DNA of 62,994 bases, counting the filler, from Nemertoderma westbladi (Eukaryota > Animalia > Xenacoelomorpha): the NCBI GenBank assembly GCA_032718475.1. It is 3 parts of 3 records of this genome, joined end to end, with 100 filler letters (N's around TTAATTAATTAA, not from the genome) between each part and the next. Parts side by side here need not be neighbours in the genome. Positions count along the whole stretch, not along the records: positions 59,382 to 62,994 come from JAUCBJ010004886.1; 2 more parts are not named here. One strand, 5' to 3'. Both the position numbers and the translations under genes were made by a program. The notes under the pieces were generated by a model. That model searched no databases. It was given only the letters and a program-made list of their open reading frames with translations, and was not told where the DNA came from. This document shows, one piece after another, positions 61,961 through 62,994 of the stretch (the first letter of the stretch is position 1; each line of letters starts with the position of its first letter).

Positions 61961-62543
61961 TAAGTCCTGTTTAAATTACTTAATTTATTCAATCTATGGA
62001 TGTTAAAATATATAAACAATATAATTAAATAATGTTCCGACATTTTAGTACCAGGCACGTTTTTATTCGGATTAAAAATGAGAGACTGTCTGTTAGTGTC
62101 TGGGTATAGTTCCGTATCGGACATTAAGTTTCACCATCACAGTTAGCGCGAATAGATTACCAACTGGCCACACTGACCGTCTACGGTGACCAACCTACCA
62201 CGCACCCACAGTGCCACAATGTCCAGTCCGCCCATAATGCAATGGCAACTAACTGTACACAACCGCAGTGCCACATTCCCACACACTGCCTTTGTCACAC
62301 ACATGAAACACTTATTTACATAATGCTCTCGATTCCTTATTTAACTCGCTACGGTCGTTCCTCTGTAAAAAAAAATTAGTTTTTCTTTATATAATTTGGC
62401 ACAACTCGGACACCCCAACGTAGGCCGACATATAGACGTAAGTGGGGGCATCGCGCACACATAATTCCAGAACAGCCATTGCGTTGAGGTACAATTAGTC
62501 GGACCTAGTCATTCGCCCGCTAGCGCCCAACAGAGGAACTATA

Positions 62544-62820
62544 AAGTAATGTAAAGTAAAGTAAATTTTCTTCGGCCGCTAGGCCAGGGATTACGCACAA
62601 AGTCTGATGACTTATTTCCAGTGCGGTCCCCCCAGAACTTTACTCCCCAGAGGAAACTCCAGTACTCATTTAGCTACCACTTAAGGATGCAAGGCAGAGA
62701 TGCGCCCTGGCTGTTCTCTTTAAAGCATTCGTGCCGAAACGAAAACTGCCCTGGCCCATGTGAGGATCGAACCCACGACCTACGGGAGATGTGAATTCAA
62801 TGCAACCACTACACCAAGGT
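62544..62820 (-). mobile_element. tRNA-derived SINE (~277 bp)
   Basis: A box TGGTGTAGTGG, B box GGTTCGATCC, a (TTTAC)n tail and a 9-bp TSD GGAACTATA (62535-62543, 62821-62829). Confidence 0.88.
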
Positions 62821-62994
62821 GGAACTATAGAAGTCTGTGTGTATGTAGAATTCCTAAACTTTTGATAGACTACTTGTGAAGCACTTCTATTAAAGATATA
62901 TCGATTTATTAGCGTTCATCACGGCAATAATGACGACAGACGGGTCCACTAATGATAACACCCCAACGCAAAAATAGGACCTCGTGGCTCGCCC

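Noticed and set aside
62745-62820. Functional tRNA gene
   Set aside because: No proper anticodon or acceptor stems. It is followed by a SINE body and tail and flanked by a TSD.

Overview
AT-rich, repeat-dense eukaryotic (animal-like) DNA with two 100-bp scaffold gaps, so it spans three contigs. The left half is a nest of retrotransposons. It holds a BEL/Pao remnant and a complete 21.3-kb BEL/Pao element (2.1-kb LTRs, AGTAG target-site duplication) whose gag is split by an intact PHD-EN-RT LINE, followed by the 5' part of a second BEL-like element. The right half holds intron-poor host genes (NOB1, PIH1D1, a 3-hydroxyacyl-CoA-dehydrogenase-like/RING fusion, SIN3, CTU1, one SEL1L exon) among a pogo transposon, RTE/L2 fragments, foldback MITEs, minisatellites and a SINE. 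The main observation is that three LTRs end in AACA and are followed by GTAA... instead of a TGG tRNA primer site. That sequence is the reverse complement of a stretch inside the element's own LTR: 102 nt in one copy, with a compensating indel in a sister copy. This suggests tRNA-independent self-priming in BEL/Pao elements. Two secondary observations are a probably catalytically dead NAD-binding domain fused to a RING finger, and a foldback element with V(D)J RSS-like ends. All alignments were done by eye and no databases were searched.
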